Source: Octopus vulgaris (lineage: Eukaryota). Taken from it: 64,000 nt of DNA. The notes beneath the pieces were generated by a model. It made no database searches. It was not told the DNA's origin and saw nothing but the letters and a program-made list of their open reading frames with translations. Both the position numbers and the translations under genes were made by a program. This document shows, in pieces, positions 1 to 12,800 of this stretch. Where the stretch lies: the NCBI GenBank assembly GCA_951406725.2, contig OX597815.1, forward strand, positions 151,404,001-151,468,000, in the 5' to 3' direction. How positions within the stretch are numbered: position 1 is the stretch's first letter; each line of letters opens with the position of its first letter.

Positions 1-159
1 CTTCCTAGCATTTAATGACAGATGTATCTTTCACCCACTCATGAAGCTTAAAGTCAGACAAAAATAACTTCATTCATAAAAAGTGCAAACATGAAATATA
101 TTTGTAAAAATAAATACTATTATCTCAGTGGTGTGAAACCTTTATTAAATATGTTTATA

Positions 160-523
160 CGTGAAAAGCACCATTGGAGTGTGATCGTTGCCAGCGTCAC
201 CTTACCAGCATATGTGCTGGTGGCACATGCAAAACAACATTTGAGCGTGGTCGTTGCCAGTGACGCTGGACTGGCTCCTGTGCAGGTAGCATGTAAAGAC
301 ATCTTTGAGCATGGTTGTTGCCAGAACAGCCTGACTGGCCCTCATGCTGGTGTGACATAAAAGCATCCACTACACTCTTGGAGTGGTTGACGTTAGGGAG
401 GGCATCCAACTGTAGAAACTTTGCTAGATCAGATTGAGCCTGGCTCACCAGGCCTCAGTCAAACCGTCCAACCTATGCCAGCATGGAAAGCGGATTTTAA
501 ACAATGATGATGATGATGATGAT
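160..523 (+). mobile_element. RTE LINE 3'-UTR-only copy with ~4 x 60-bp units and (GAT)n tail
   Basis: Matches 28430-28750 (AAAGCAtCCACTACACTC...AGGGCATCCA...CCAACCtATGC...(GAT)n). Confidence 0.85.
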
Positions 524-551
524 GTGTGTGTGTATCTCTCTGTGTGTACAT

Positions 552-588
<37 letters not shown>

Positions 589-599
589 CACGTTTTTGC

Positions 600-910
600 A
601 AACTACTTGCACATGCAAGTGCTACCAGTCAAAACTCAGCATACTGGAAGCCAGCACGTGTATGGGGTCATCAGGAAAGAATGCGCACCATTTTGGGGCC
701 TACTTCTCAACAGCATCATTGCATGTCTTCCACCCCATCTCACTGATATAAGGCACCCTTGCTAGATCAACTGATTATCAAATAAAGCCCAGTATTCTTC
801 TAGCCATTGCTCATCGTCTCTTTTTAACCAAATCCAGTGGCTAGCCTTTTCCACTGTAGTTTGGATATTGGTCACGTCGCTATTTACTTTACGATGAGTT
901 AAGCCTAACA
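600..910 (-). mobile_element. Possible 3' end of a HERO-like (restriction-like endonuclease) non-LTR retrotransposon
   Basis: Minus frame reads TTVEKASHWIWLKRDDEQW, resembling the C-terminal AEKASxWLWLKR motif recalled for HERO-clade ORFs; short match only. Confidence 0.45.
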
Positions 911-1721
911 ATAGATATATTTGATAGTTAGATAGATAGACAGATAATACATGCATACATACATGCATTTATTATATATGTGCATGTGTGTGTTTTTAAG
1001 CAGTAGAGACATGGTGTCATTGATTGGGTCTGGACTAAACAAATGTTGACATGAATAAGTGACCCTAAACTTGTGAAAAATCTGTTTTAAAAAATCCCTC
1101 CTATGACACCATGAAATGGTAGTTTTGACATGTAAGGTTAGCTGAGAAAATAATATTTGTTATCACAATTATACTCCATGTGTGCAATTTTTTTATGAGA
1201 CAAGTTATTTTTGTTTTGTTTTAATTTTCTGTTAACGGATAATTAAACTGATTAGCTTCAGGAATGTTGTAAATGACTTGTAATTCACAAGAAATTTAAG
1301 TTAATGTGGGTTATTATGACAAAGGATATTTTAGGATGGAATTACTAAAAAAAAAAAAAAGACATTTGGGATTGAAGAAGATTTGCTGTTGAAAGGAGAC
1401 ATAAAATCAGATAATTGTAGTAGTAGTAGTAGCAGCAGCAGCAGCAGCAGCAGCAGCATCAGTGGTATTAGAAATAGTAGTAGCAGCTGCTAGTACTAAT
1501 TTTTGACTGATCTAAATAGAAAAAACAGAAACGATGAAGGGCCCCTGTTCTCTGTAGAATGGCCAACCATCCATGAAACATGTCAGGTCAAAGCAATTTC
1601 CTTATGTTTCTTTGTGTGAAGAGAATATGTAAAGATATTCATATTGTTAAATAAAACATTTAACTTAAATTTTTTGATGTATGTTGTTTGTGCATACAAA
1701 TAATTATTGAATATTTAGTCA

Positions 1722-1890
1722 AGCACAGACATGGCTGTGTGGTAAGAAGCTTGCTTCCCAACCACATGGTTCTGGGTTCAATCCCACTGCATGGCATTTT
1801 AGGCAAGTGTCTTCTACTCTAGCCTCAAGCTGACCAAAGCCTTGTAAGTGGATTTGGTAGAAGAAAACTGAAAGAAGCTCGTCGTATATG
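1722..1890 (+). mobile_element. tRNA-derived SINE family A, 5' half
   Basis: TGGCTGTGTGGTAAG A-box, GGTTCAATCCC B-box, CORE-like GGCAAGTGTCTT; same as 22979-23135. Confidence 0.85.
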
Positions 1891-2315
1891 TATCCTCCTC
1901 CTCCTCCTCATCATCATCGTTTAATGTCCACTTTCCGTGCTAGCATGGATTGGATGATTTGACTGAGGACTGGTGAACCAGATGGCTGAAATATCATATC
2001 AGACTATGGATGACTAAATTACAACAGATAAATAGCCCATTGTCTGTATTATAGTGTATTGTTGTACCATTCAAAATCTTTTATTCTTTGTATAGTTAGC
2101 ATTAGGAAGGGCATCCAGCCAAAGAAACTATGCCAAATCAGACTGCAGCCTGATGCCACTCCCCAGCTTGTCAGCTCTTTTCAAACCATGGACACAAAAT
2201 GTTAAATGATAATGATGATGATGATGTATGATGGCAACCAAATGCTAACCATATTCTGTATAAACTTGTCATCAATAAGCATACATATACCTACATCTTT
2301 AATATACTTATAGTT

Positions 2316-2745
2316 AAGGCAGCGAACTGGCAGAAATGTTAGCATGCTGTGTTAAATGCGTAGCGGTATTTGGTCTGCTGTTACGTTCTGAGTTCAAATT
2401 CTGCTGAGGTTGACTTTGCCTGTCATCCTTTAGGGGTTGAAAAATTAAGTACAAGTTGTATACTGGGATTGATCTAATTGACTGGCCCCCTCCCCCAAAA
2501 CTTTGGGCCTTGTGCCTAGAGTAGAAAAGAAACATTAGCATGCTGGGCAAAATGCTTAGTGGTATTTTGTCTGCCGTTACATTCTGAGTTCAAATTCCTC
2601 CAAGGTTGACTTTACCTTTCCTCCTTTCGGGGTCTATCAAATAAGTACCAGTTATGCACTGGGGTCGATGTAATCAACTTGATCCCTTTGTCTGTCCTTG
2701 TTTGTCCTCTTTATGTTTAGTCCCTTTTGGGCAATAAAGAAATAA
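2316..2745 (+). mobile_element. Tandem pair of tRNA-derived SINE family B
   Basis: GGCAGCGAACTGGCAGAA head, GAGTTCAAATTC B-box and the TCCTTT.GGGGT..A.AAAT.AGTAC domain; the B-box and domain occur twice. Confidence 0.85.
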
Positions 2746-2882
2746 ATATACTTACAGATACACAAGTCTTTTATATACCAACATATACATACAAGGGTGG
2801 GTTGAAAATTTAATAGGCTGGCTTTTGAGGACTGGTGCTAGAGCAGTGAAACCTTGTATGCATTAATTTCAACTCTTCTAAT

Positions 2883-3607
2883 TTATAACCTTACAAGCTG
2901 TATCATCCAGGTGGTGTTACTTTGGATGTACATATGGAGTCCTACTGTGGTCATTTTATTGGATGTTTCAAGTTGGATTAGGCCTCTACGACCTTTTTGT
3001 GGGAGATAGAGCCTGTGGACGTCTGATTTTGACTGGTGCATCCTGTTTAGTGTCAGCAGTTTCCTGATTTTTATAGCCTTAATGATGACATTAAGGCTAT
3101 ACTGGACAATTGGCACTGCCAGAGAGTTAAAAGCTGCAATTCTATTCTGGTAGTTCAGTTCAGTATTCAGGACCATTTTGACACAGCTATAATACTCTTT
3201 CCTGATCTTTATGATTGGTCCTTGTTCAATCCTTTTCCTTTCATGTACTCCAAGATACTTCTAAAAACCTTCTTGATCCAGGTCCTAATAGATGTATCAT
3301 GATCAAGTCAGCTCATGGTATTAGCATTTGAATGAAGCTTTTGCACATTTTTCAAGGCCAAATTCCATATTTATGTCATAAGTTTTTCACAGTTATTAGA
3401 AGCCCTTTTAGAAGTCTTTTGCTTATAATTTTAGATCATTCATGTAGAGCAAGTGTGAGATGATCTTGTCAAACATTTTGTAATTGTGATTTGTTCTACT
3501 CTGGGAAGGAGGGTAAGACAGAAGAGGAGAGGGGAGAGTGAATTGCTCTGGAATATTCCGAGGTTTATTTTGATGTTCTCTGATACATACTAGCCTTTCT
3601 TATGGTT

Positions 3608-3610
<3 letters not shown>
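2883..3610 (-). mobile_element. Decayed RT fragment of an R4/Dong-like non-LTR retrotransposon
   Basis: Minus-strand motifs GIFQSNSLSPLLFC, ISHLLYMNDLKL (YMDD) and SDVHRLYLPQKGRRGL, interrupted by stops and frameshifts. Confidence 0.75.
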
Positions 3611-3611
<1 letters not shown>

Positions 3612-3654
<43 letters not shown>

Positions 3655-3760
3655 CCATCATCACCATCATCACCATCATCAACATCATCACCATCACCAC
3701 CATCACCACCATCACCACCATCACCATCACCACCATCACCACCACCACCACCACCACCAT
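3612..3760. repeat. (CAT)n/(CAC)n compound microsatellite
   Basis: Direct reading. Confidence 0.95.
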
Positions 3761-3852
3761 AAATTAAGTACCAGTTAAGTACTAGGGTTGATGTAATCGA
3801 CTTAAACTCTCTCTCAAAATTTCAGGCCTTGTGCCTGTAGTAGAAAGGATTA

Positions 3853-4252
3853 CTCTTTTACTTGTTTCAGTCATTTGACTGTGGCCATGCTGGAGCACAG
3901 CCTTTAGTCGAGCAAATCGATCCCAGGACTTATTCTTTGTAAGCCTAGTACTTACTCTATCGGTCTCTTTTACTGAACCGCTAAGTTACGGGGATGTAAG
4001 CACACCAGCATCGGTCATCAAACGATGTTGGGGAGACAAATACAGACACACAAGCACACACACATATATATATATATATATACATATATGTGACGGGCTT
4101 CTTTTAGTTTCCATCTACCAAATCCACTCACAAGGCTTGGTTGGCCTGAGGCTATAGTAGAAGACACTTGCCCAAAGTGCCACGCAGTGGGACTAAACCC
4201 GGAACCATGTGGTTGGTAATCAAGCTACTTACCACACAGCCACTCCTGCGTC
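3853..4252 (-). mobile_element. SINE family A, full length
   Basis: Reverse complement of family A from tRNA head to AAACAAGTAAAAGAG tail, with internal (TA)/(TG) tract. Confidence 0.9.
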
Positions 4253-4298
4253 TTTATTGTTGTTGTTGTTGTTGTTGTTATCATTATTATTATTATTA

Positions 4299-4365
<67 letters not shown>

Positions 4366-4366
<1 letters not shown>

Positions 4367-4573
4367 GGCCACAGGTTATGGTCTCCGTCACTAGTCATTA
4401 CCTCAGTGAGGCCTAATGTTCAAAGGTGTTTGCTTCACCACCTCATCCCAGGTCTTCCTGGGTCTACCTCTTCCACAGGTTCCTTCATCCGCCAGGGTGT
4501 GGTATTTTTTCACACAGCTATCCTCATCCATTCACACCACATGACCATACCAGCACAGTCATCTTTCTTGCAC
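4366..4573 (-). mobile_element. RTE LINE ORF C-terminal fragment
   Basis: Reverse complement of 28020-28205 (WYGHV...GRGRPRKTWDEVVK). Confidence 0.8.
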
Positions 4574-4969
4574 TGAAAAGTGCTCACACAGAAATAAAAA
4601 AGAAATTAAATTTTATGCATTATAAAGGATAATGGATAAAACTGGTATAAAGGATAAAACTTTCAACACCTCTTATGAAGTTTTTTTAAAGTCTTGTAAA
4701 GTCTAATATATTCTTTTGTAGTCTTATACCATCTTATAAATATATATTTTGCAATAAAATACTTACTGCCATGAGGCTGTGTATATATTTGAACACCTTA
4801 TATATATATATATTTGTTGAAATGGAAAGATGAATTATCTTGTTACGGATTATTCAAAAGTTTAACCGATACCTGGGTAGCAAAAATCACAGCAGAAAAA
4901 AACACGGTTGGAGATAAGACCATATGGTGTTGCAACCGTGCGTTGGTGCAGATAATTGAAGTTTAATAT

Positions 4970-5213
4970 AATTAGTGAATGGAAGAAATGGAGTTGAACG
5001 AAGATTGTACAGAATTCCTTCGAATTGCTTTGCTGCGCCTCTGTTTTGTTTTGTTCTGACAACGTAATTCCTGGTTTTTCCTGAAGAGAAAGCTGCAATA
5101 TGGTATCCTTATTTAATTAGAATTTGGAAAATTGTGGCCTTTGAAACATGTGTAGAATGTAATAAAAGGAATTCTGTACAATCTTCGTTCAACTCCATTT
5201 CTTCCATTCACTA

Positions 5214-5216
<3 letters not shown>
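4970..5216 (+). mobile_element. Penelope-like pseudo-LTR fragment with inverted tail copy
   Basis: Perfect 51-bp inverted repeat 4970-5020/5166-5216 enclosing a hammerhead core followed by AATAAA. Confidence 0.75.
5078..5157 (+). ncRNA. Minimal type I hammerhead ribozyme motif
   Basis: TTC-CTGAAGA-[GAAAGCTGCAAT...ATTGTGGCCTTT]-GAAAC-ATGT-GTA-GAA. Confidence 0.7.
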
Positions 5217-5245
<29 letters not shown>

Positions 5246-5286
5246 ATCATCATCATCATCAGAAAACGGACGTTAAATGATGATGA

Positions 5287-5321
<35 letters not shown>

Positions 5322-5324
<3 letters not shown>

Positions 5325-5938
5325 TCATCATCATCATCGTTTAGCGTCCGCTTTCCATGCTAGCATGGGTTGGATGATTCAACTGGGGTCTGGGAAGCCA
5401 GAAGGCTGCACCAGGCCCAGTTTGATCTGACAATGTTTCTACGGCTGGATGCCCTTCCTAACGCCAACCACTCCATTAGTGTAGTGGGTGCTTTTTATGT
5501 GCCACCAGCACGAGGCCAGTCGGGGCGGCGCTGGCAACGGCCACGAACGGATGGTGGTGCCAGACGAGTCTGGCAAACGGCCACGAACGGATGGTGCTTT
5601 TTACGTGCCACCAGAACGGGGACCAGGCGAGGCTGGCAACGGCCACGAACAGATGGTGCTTTTTACATGCCACCGGCACGAGGCCAGTCGGAGCGGTGCT
5701 GGCAACAGCCACATTCGGATGGTTCTCTTATGTGCCACCGGCACTGGTAACTCAGCTGCAATTTCCATTGATCGATTTCGATTCTGATTCTCACTTGCCT
5801 CAACAGGTCTTCACAAGTAGAGTTTTGTGTCCTAAGAAGGGAAGGCATGCATAAGTGGGCTGGCTACATGGTCTCACTTGTCCTGCCGGTGAGACCATAA
5901 CCCGTGGCCTTCTACATGGGATGTAGCCAGCCCACTTA

Positions 5939-5941
<3 letters not shown>
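5322..5941 (-). mobile_element. RTE 3'-UTR copy with tandem units and rearranged 5' end
   Basis: Reverse complement of 28240-28750; inverted segment at 5849-5941. Confidence 0.85.
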
Positions 5942-5986
<45 letters not shown>

Positions 5987-6000
5987 TATATACATATTTA

Positions 6001-6049
<49 letters not shown>

Positions 6050-6958
6050 AAGAAGCTTTAATTTAAATTTTAATTTAATGTATGTACTTGTAGCTCCTCT
6101 ACAGCTAAAAACTTATTCTGTTCTGGCACCTTTCCTCACACTTTAACTTGTCTTCTCCTAACATAAAGCTGCCTCCCTCTCAACTGCAGCCTCACTCAAC
6201 TGAAGGGGATCTTTGTCTTACAAGCGGCACAGTGACATCACTAGTGTCGCGGGTCATGAAAAAATCTCCCTGTACACACTGTAAAATGGTTGGCATTAGG
6301 AAGGGCATCCACCCATAGGAAACCATTCCAAAGCAGACATTGGAGTTTGATGCAATACTTAGGCAAACCCATCAAATCCTGTCAAAGTGTCTAACCCATG
6401 CCAACATGGATGCTAAACGATGATGATAACAATGATGGTGATAATGCATTAAAAAGAAGTCTTAATTAAAACTTTAATGCATGTTTTATTCACTTGTTTC
6501 GTATTTATGCCCCTTTTGAAGAAACCCACGCCCCTTTTGAAGAAACCCACAGCTTGCCAAAATATTACCCTTTCCCTCCCCTTTCTCCACCACACACATG
6601 TGGATCATGTGCACATACTTGGAAAGCACAGCTTTATAGTATATGATTGTTAAATAGACAGCCTACCTATGACAAAAAGGGACTATACTGGGGTGTGTGT
6701 GTATATGTGTGTTGCAAAGTGATTAAAATGGGTTTTCCCCAAAATCAGTTATCTTACTTTTGACATAAATTCACAGGTTATGCTACTTAAGAAGCAAACA
6801 GTTATATAGATAATTTTATCATACAGTGAACTTGAGTGTGTGTGTGTGTGTGTGTGTGCTGTAAATATAAGCATTATGTGTGTGTGTGTGTGTGCGCACA
6901 CACACACACACATAGAAGCACGCACAGATATATATATATATATTTATATATATATATA

Positions 6959-7178
6959 CAGTAATCCCTCGACTATTGCAGGGGTTATGTTCCAAAACCC
7001 ACCATGATAGGGGAAAATCCATGAAACAGTACTGTACTGTATATTTTGTTTTAATTACTTTTATAATTTGCATATATTTTTATTTTTTTATAAATGCAAA
7101 ACAATACCATGGAGGAATTAATGTAAGCTTAAACAATAAACTGTGATAAGTGAACCGTGATATGGCGAAACATTACAG
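6959..7178. mobile_element. Tc1/mariner (Tigger/pogo-like) MITE
   Basis: TA|CAGTAATCCCTCGACTATTGCAG ... CCGTGATATGGCGAAACATTACAG|TA; degenerate TIRs with TA flanks. Confidence 0.6.
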
Positions 7179-7699
7179 TAAGTATGTATGCTCCCCCCAC
7201 CCCCACACACACACTCACATACACACATTCTTTTATTCTGTTACTTATTTCAGTCATTTGACTATGGCCATGCTGGAGCACCGCCTTTAGTTGAACAAAT
7301 CGACCCCAGGACTTCTTCTTTGTAAACCTAGTACTTATTCTATTGGGGACGTAGAATAAGTACTAGGTTTACATGTTAGAATTGTTACGGTTGTTGCCTC
7401 TACTGGGGGGGTGGAGTAAGGAAGCATTGTATATGAAAGAGTTTTTGGGGCATTGTAAATATAAGCGTTATGAGCATTGTGGATGTAACCATTACTGATG
7501 CTGCGGATATAAATGTAAAAAAAAAAAAAGAGAGAGAGAGAAGGTAAGTGGGCTGCTATCTGGTTTAGTAAGGAGAGAGAAAGGAAAGGGCAGTGAGATA
7601 ACCGATATAAGAGGAGAGAGAGGAAGGGCAACTGGATCGCCAGTAAGAGAAATGAGATTTCCGGTATTGGTGGTGGGGGTGAACAGGGTAGGTGCTACC

Positions 7700-8060
7700 A
7701 TGGACAAGAAAGAGTCATTTTAGGGAGCAGAGCAAACAAGTAAGAATATACTCAGTGATGAATTATTCTGAATATATATGTGTATCAAGATGTAATTTGA
7801 AAAGCCTGCTTCTTACATAGATTATATAAGTGTGAACATTTCCATGTGCTGTGTTGGATAGATTTGGTGATCATCTGGTATTTGAATTTTGTTCATTTTT
7901 ATGCATTCTGATTTTGACTGCACTGAGGATTAGAAAATGGATTATGTACACTAACTATGAAATCATATGATTTGCGGCTGAATCTGTTTTTAAGAGACAA
8001 TTTCCAAGTTGCATTCCCTTGCTGTTGGTACACTGTATATTTATTATGGTAGTTTTGACT
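7700..8060 (-). pseudogene. Possible highly decayed Penelope GIY-YIG endonuclease fragment
   Basis: Minus-strand remnants LKNRFSR..YDF and YNLCKKQAFQI resemble FKxRxxxH and CNLCxxEKxxI motifs; weak. Confidence 0.3.
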
Positions 8061-8136
8061 TTAAGAGTCCCTCATAGCGTGAGGCATTTATGTGTAGTAA
8101 TGCTCTTAATATAATAAATAAACAAATAAATACATG

Positions 8137-8167
<31 letters not shown>

Positions 8168-8332
8168 AAGTGCTGGTGTGACTAGGTGGTAAGAAGTTTG
8201 CTTCCCAACTTCACAGTTCTGGTTGAGTTCAATTCTACAGAATGTGACATCTTGGGCAAGTGTCTTCTATTATAGGCTCAGGCTGACCAAAGCCTTGTGA
8301 GTGGATTTGGTAGACAGAAACTGAAGGAAGTC

Positions 8333-8373
<41 letters not shown>

Positions 8374-8665
8374 TGTACGTGTGTGCATGTGTGTATATGC
8401 ATGCGTGTGTGTATGTGTGTCTGTTTGCTGAGTGTCTTTGTGTCTGTGTTTGTCCCTCCTCTCCCACTCGCCACTGTTTAGCAACCAATGTTGATGTGTT
8501 TACATCCCTGTAACTTGACAGTTTGCCAAAAGAGATTGATAGAATAAGTACCAGGCTTAAAAAAACAAGCACTGGGGCCAATTCATTCAACTAAAATACT
8601 TCGAAGCTGTGCTCCAGCATGGTCGTAATCAAATGACTGAAGCAAGTGCAAAAAAAGATAAAAGG
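8168..8665 (+). mobile_element. SINE family A, full length, diverged
   Basis: Head, long internal (TG)n, 3' half ending GTGCTCCAGCATGG...CAAATGACTGAA. Confidence 0.85.
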
Positions 8666-9229
8666 CATACATATAACATATACACACATAGATATATATA
8701 TACAAAGATATATACACACAAAATAAGTGTGTGTGTGCGTGTGTGTATTTCAGGTAAGATAGCTTGATCTAATTTGTTAAATTTAATAAACCTAAATAAT
8801 ACCATCACCATCATCGTCCCCATCAAACATCATGCTATCCTGATGTCACAACCAGTATGCAGCACAATATCAACAGAATATCACACTGTACCATTACCAC
8901 CCCACCACCACTATCACCAACCACTACACCAAGATACCTCCACAACCAGCACCATACTCCAGTCATCGAAATAGCTAAATGGGTTAAAGACCAGTGGCAA
9001 TTATAATCTGAATCACTCGATATTACACACAACAAGCATAAAACTCAGTGTCATGTGGCTGAATTAGGAAATAACTAAGAAAATAAACCAAATATAACTT
9101 AAAGAAAGGAAGAAGGAACAGTATATGCCTCTGGCTCCATAAACTATTAGGTTATGGGGCTATAGCTTATCCTGATTTTTCAAAGGCTGAGAATAAGAGA
9201 CTGCTCTCCAAACAGGACCCAAAATCATT

Positions 9230-9664
9230 CTTTTCTATTCTAGGCACAAGGCCTGAAATTTTTGGGGAGGTGACCAGTCGATTAGATTGACCCCAGTAGG
9301 CAACTGGTATTTAATTTATTGACCCTGAAAGGAATAAAGGCAAAGTCTAACCTGGCGGAATTTGAACTCAGAACATAAATACCGCTAAGCATTTCACTCA
9401 GCATGCTAAAGTTTCTACCAGCTCACCACAATAAGGGTGTTCGTAATAATCTTTTCTACACTAGGAACAAGGCCCAAAAGTTTTGGGGAGGAGACCAGTT
9501 GATTAGATCGACCCCAGTATGCAGCTGAAACTTAATTTATTGACCCCGAAAGGATGAAAAGCAAAGTCAACCTCGGCGGAATTTGGACTCAGAACATAAA
9601 GACAGACAAAATACTGCTAAGCATTTTGCCCAGCGTGCTAATATTTCTGCCAGCTTGCCAACTT
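9230..9664 (-). mobile_element. SINE family B dimer with 16-bp target-site duplication
   Basis: Two head-to-tail copies flanked by AGGACCCAAAAT(C/T)ATT at 9214-9229 and 9665-9680. Confidence 0.85.
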
Positions 9665-9859
9665 AGGACCCAAAATTATTGTGAGATTACTCACCCACCA
9701 TTCCAGTATCACTGGTACTTATTTTCAGCATGGGAATTCACTCAACGTGGGGTATCTGTGTATCTAATCTACAGCAAGACACCTATGTCTGTCCTCTTTA
9801 TATCTTAAATCTCTCAACTGGCATCAAGCCACCCCATTTCAATACTACTCCAAGTTAAG

Positions 9860-10168
9860 GGGCTTTTTTTGTCTTGCAAGGTACTTGGTGACCCTGCCAG
9901 TGCTGGTGCTATGTAAAAAGCACTAGCAGGGGCACTATGTAAAAAGCACTGGTTCAGGTGCCAGATAAAAAGTATAAGTGATGGTGCCATGTAAAAAGTA
10001 CCCAGTACACCCTATAAAGTAGTTGGTGTTAAGAAGGGCATCAATCTGCAGAAATCATGCCAAAACAGACTAAGTAACTCGGTGTGGCTCCTGGCCTTGT
10101 CAAGCTCCTGTCAAACTGTTCAACCCATGCTAGCATGGAAAAACAGATGTTAAATGACAATGATGATG
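9860..10168 (+). mobile_element. Older RTE 3'-UTR subfamily copy with short tandem GGTGC..TGTAAAAAGCAC units
   Basis: Four ~25-30-bp units, then AAGGGCATC...CCCATGCTAGCATGG...(GAT)n. Confidence 0.75.
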
Positions 10169-10744
10169 AAGTGAAGCAATCTGGAATGAATTACCTTGCT
10201 TAAGAACACAATGTGCTGTCCAGTCTGAGAACCCACAACCTAGCAATCATGAGCCCAACACTTTAACCACTAAGCTGTGTGGCTGCAAATTGAGGTCCTT
10301 AACCTGAAAATATTCGGTGCTCATGCTGGGAATTGAACCAAGGCTACCTGGATTAAAAGCATGCATCCTGTTAAAACAATGTTTTCAAATACCTCACATT
10401 ATACTCTTGATTTTTGCTATGTCATTGCTGTGCTTAGTTACATATCTATTTGTCTATGAGGAGGTCATGTTAGGGTATCACTATCTATCAGGATGTTAGT
10501 CTAATCATTTACATTTCTCAATCGAACTTGTGCTCTGCTTATGAACTGCGGTACAGTACATACAAGCATTGGAAATTTGTGTGTCAAAGATTCTGAGTTT
10601 GAAGTCTTCTAAAAGATGTGTGTGTGTGTGTGCATGTGTGCTTTTGTGTGTTTGTATGTATTATGATTACATCATACATGCACACATGCACTCGTGTGCA
10701 CACACACACACACATGTGTATGTATGTATGTATGCATGTATGTA

Positions 10745-10832
<88 letters not shown>

Positions 10833-10836
<4 letters not shown>

Positions 10837-12024
10837 GTTGAGTAAAAAGTAAGCACCGTTTTTGAACCATGAAGAATTTGTACCAGATTTTTGCAGAGTT
10901 TTATATTTATTTAAACATTTTTATCTCTTTGCAATTGTGTGGTAATACAGACATAGACTTTCTCAAATGCATCAATAAATTAACATTGATATTTTTTCAC
11001 CATTGTTACAATCATCTGAAATGGAACTGCCAAAGTGTGATATTCAAGCAATTTTGCTATTCAACTTCAAAAAAGGACATAAAGCAGATGAAACTGATCG
11101 TGATATCAACGAAATGTTTGGTGAGGAAATAACCAGTGAGAGGTCAATTTGAAAATGGTTTAAACAATTGTGCAGTGGAGAATTGAGCCTTGAAGATCGT
11201 GAGTGTAATGGACGTCCATCTGTCATTGATGACAGTAAATTAAAGACTGTCATAGAGAAAGATCCACATAAAACCGCTGAAGAACTGGCAAAAGAACTTA
11301 ACCAGAAAACTGCCTGCAACCATTTGAATGCGATCGAAAAATCAAAAAAGCTCAACAAATAGGTACCATCCAATTTCAATGGAAATGAGTTCTCTATAAA
11401 AATGTCAAGTGCCGATGACAGTGGGTAGGGAAATGAGAAACAGTGGCACCCCAGACTAAAGAAGATCTTCACCTACGTAAGGTGTTGTTATCTGTTTGGT
11501 GGGATATGAAAGGTTTAATCCACTTTGAACTTTTAAACCCAAACCAAACGATAACAAAGGAGATCTACTGTGAGCAGTTTGAGTGGCTTAAGCCAGTGCT
11601 TCAAGAAAAATGACCATCTTTGGTTTCAAGATGAAACGTGTTCTTCCATCAGGATAATGCTTGGCCACATACAGCAAGGATGACACTCCAAAGGCTGGAG
11701 CAATCTGAATGGGAAACGATGCCCCACCCACCATATTTTTTCTGGTGGGTGGGACATTATTTATTCTGCAGTCTTCAAAATCATTTGGATGGGAAAAATA
11801 TGAACTCTATAGACAAGTTCAGAGTATTTTTCTGTACTGGAGGAGTATTTTTTCTTCATGGACAAGTGAATTTTGGCAGAGGGGCCTTGCAAATCTACCA
11901 GATAGATGGAAGAGCATTGTAGAAAATGAAGGAGAGTATATTTTAGATTAAAAAAGAACTTTGTTATTATAATTTTGAAAAATAAAAGAAGTATTAAAAA
12001 ATGCATTATTTATAGGATGACCCA

Positions 12025-12025
<1 letters not shown>
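10833..12025 (+). mobile_element. Decayed mariner (DD34D-type) transposon
   Basis: Transposase remnants from ATG 11021 (LLFNFKKGHKA, EDRECNGRPS, VWWDMKG, FHQDNAWPH, PHPPY, ENEGEYILD* 11951); stops, frameshifts, internal deletion; TA flanks. Confidence 0.9.
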
Positions 12026-12068
<43 letters not shown>

Positions 12069-12069
12069 A

Positions 12070-12388
12070 CATAAGCTCCCTTTGAGTGTTGGGCCTCATA
12101 GAGGCAACAATGAATGACCAAGACCTTGGCATTACGTCGTGCTTAAGAAGAAGACCTGTCAAGCCAAGTAAAATTGCAGTTGTGGCAGATACTGGTGTCA
12201 TGCAAATGGCATGTAAAAGCACCCATCACACTCTCAGAGTGATTGGCATTAGCAAGAGAATCTAGCAGTAGAAACCATGCCAAATCAAACTGGAGTTTGG
12301 TGCAGCCTTCCAGCTTGCCATCCCTGGTCAAACTGTCCAGCCCATGCCAGCATGGACAAAGGACATTAAATGATGATGATGATGATGT
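12070..12388 (+). mobile_element. RTE 3'-end copy
   Basis: GAAGACC...AAG ORF end, GGCATGTAAAAGCACCC, (GAT)n tail. Confidence 0.75.
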
Positions 12389-12800
12389 TAGGCATGGCTG
12401 TGTGGTAAGGAGCTTGCTTCTCAGCTACAGGGTTTTGAGTTCAATCTCACTGCATGGCACCTTGGGTAAGTGTTTTTTTACTACAGCCTTGAATTGACCA
12501 AAGCCTTGTGAGTGAATTTAGTAGAGGAAACTGAAAGAAGCCTGTCTTATGTATGATTATGCATATATTTATGTGTACGTGTATCTGTGTTTGCTCCCCA
12601 CCATCACTTGACAACTAATGTTGTTGTGTTTACATACCTGTAACTTAGCAGTTCAGCAAAAGAAACCAATGGAATAAGTACCAGGCTTACAAAGAACAAG
12701 TCTTGTGGTCGATTTTTTCAACTAGAAACCCTTTAAGGTGGTGCTGCAGTATGGCCACAGTCAAATGACTGAAACAAGTAAAATATTAAAAGAACAAAAG
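12389..12800 (+). mobile_element. SINE family A
   Basis: Similarity to 22979-23352. Confidence 0.85.

Noticed and set aside
1335-1493. Poly-Ser terminal exon
   Set aside because: Frame stays open mainly because of an (AGT/AGC)n microsatellite; weak acceptor
6509-6550. 21-bp perfect tandem duplication GCCCCTTTTGAAGAAACCCAC
   Set aside because: Real but consistent with simple slippage or repair; nothing further to support
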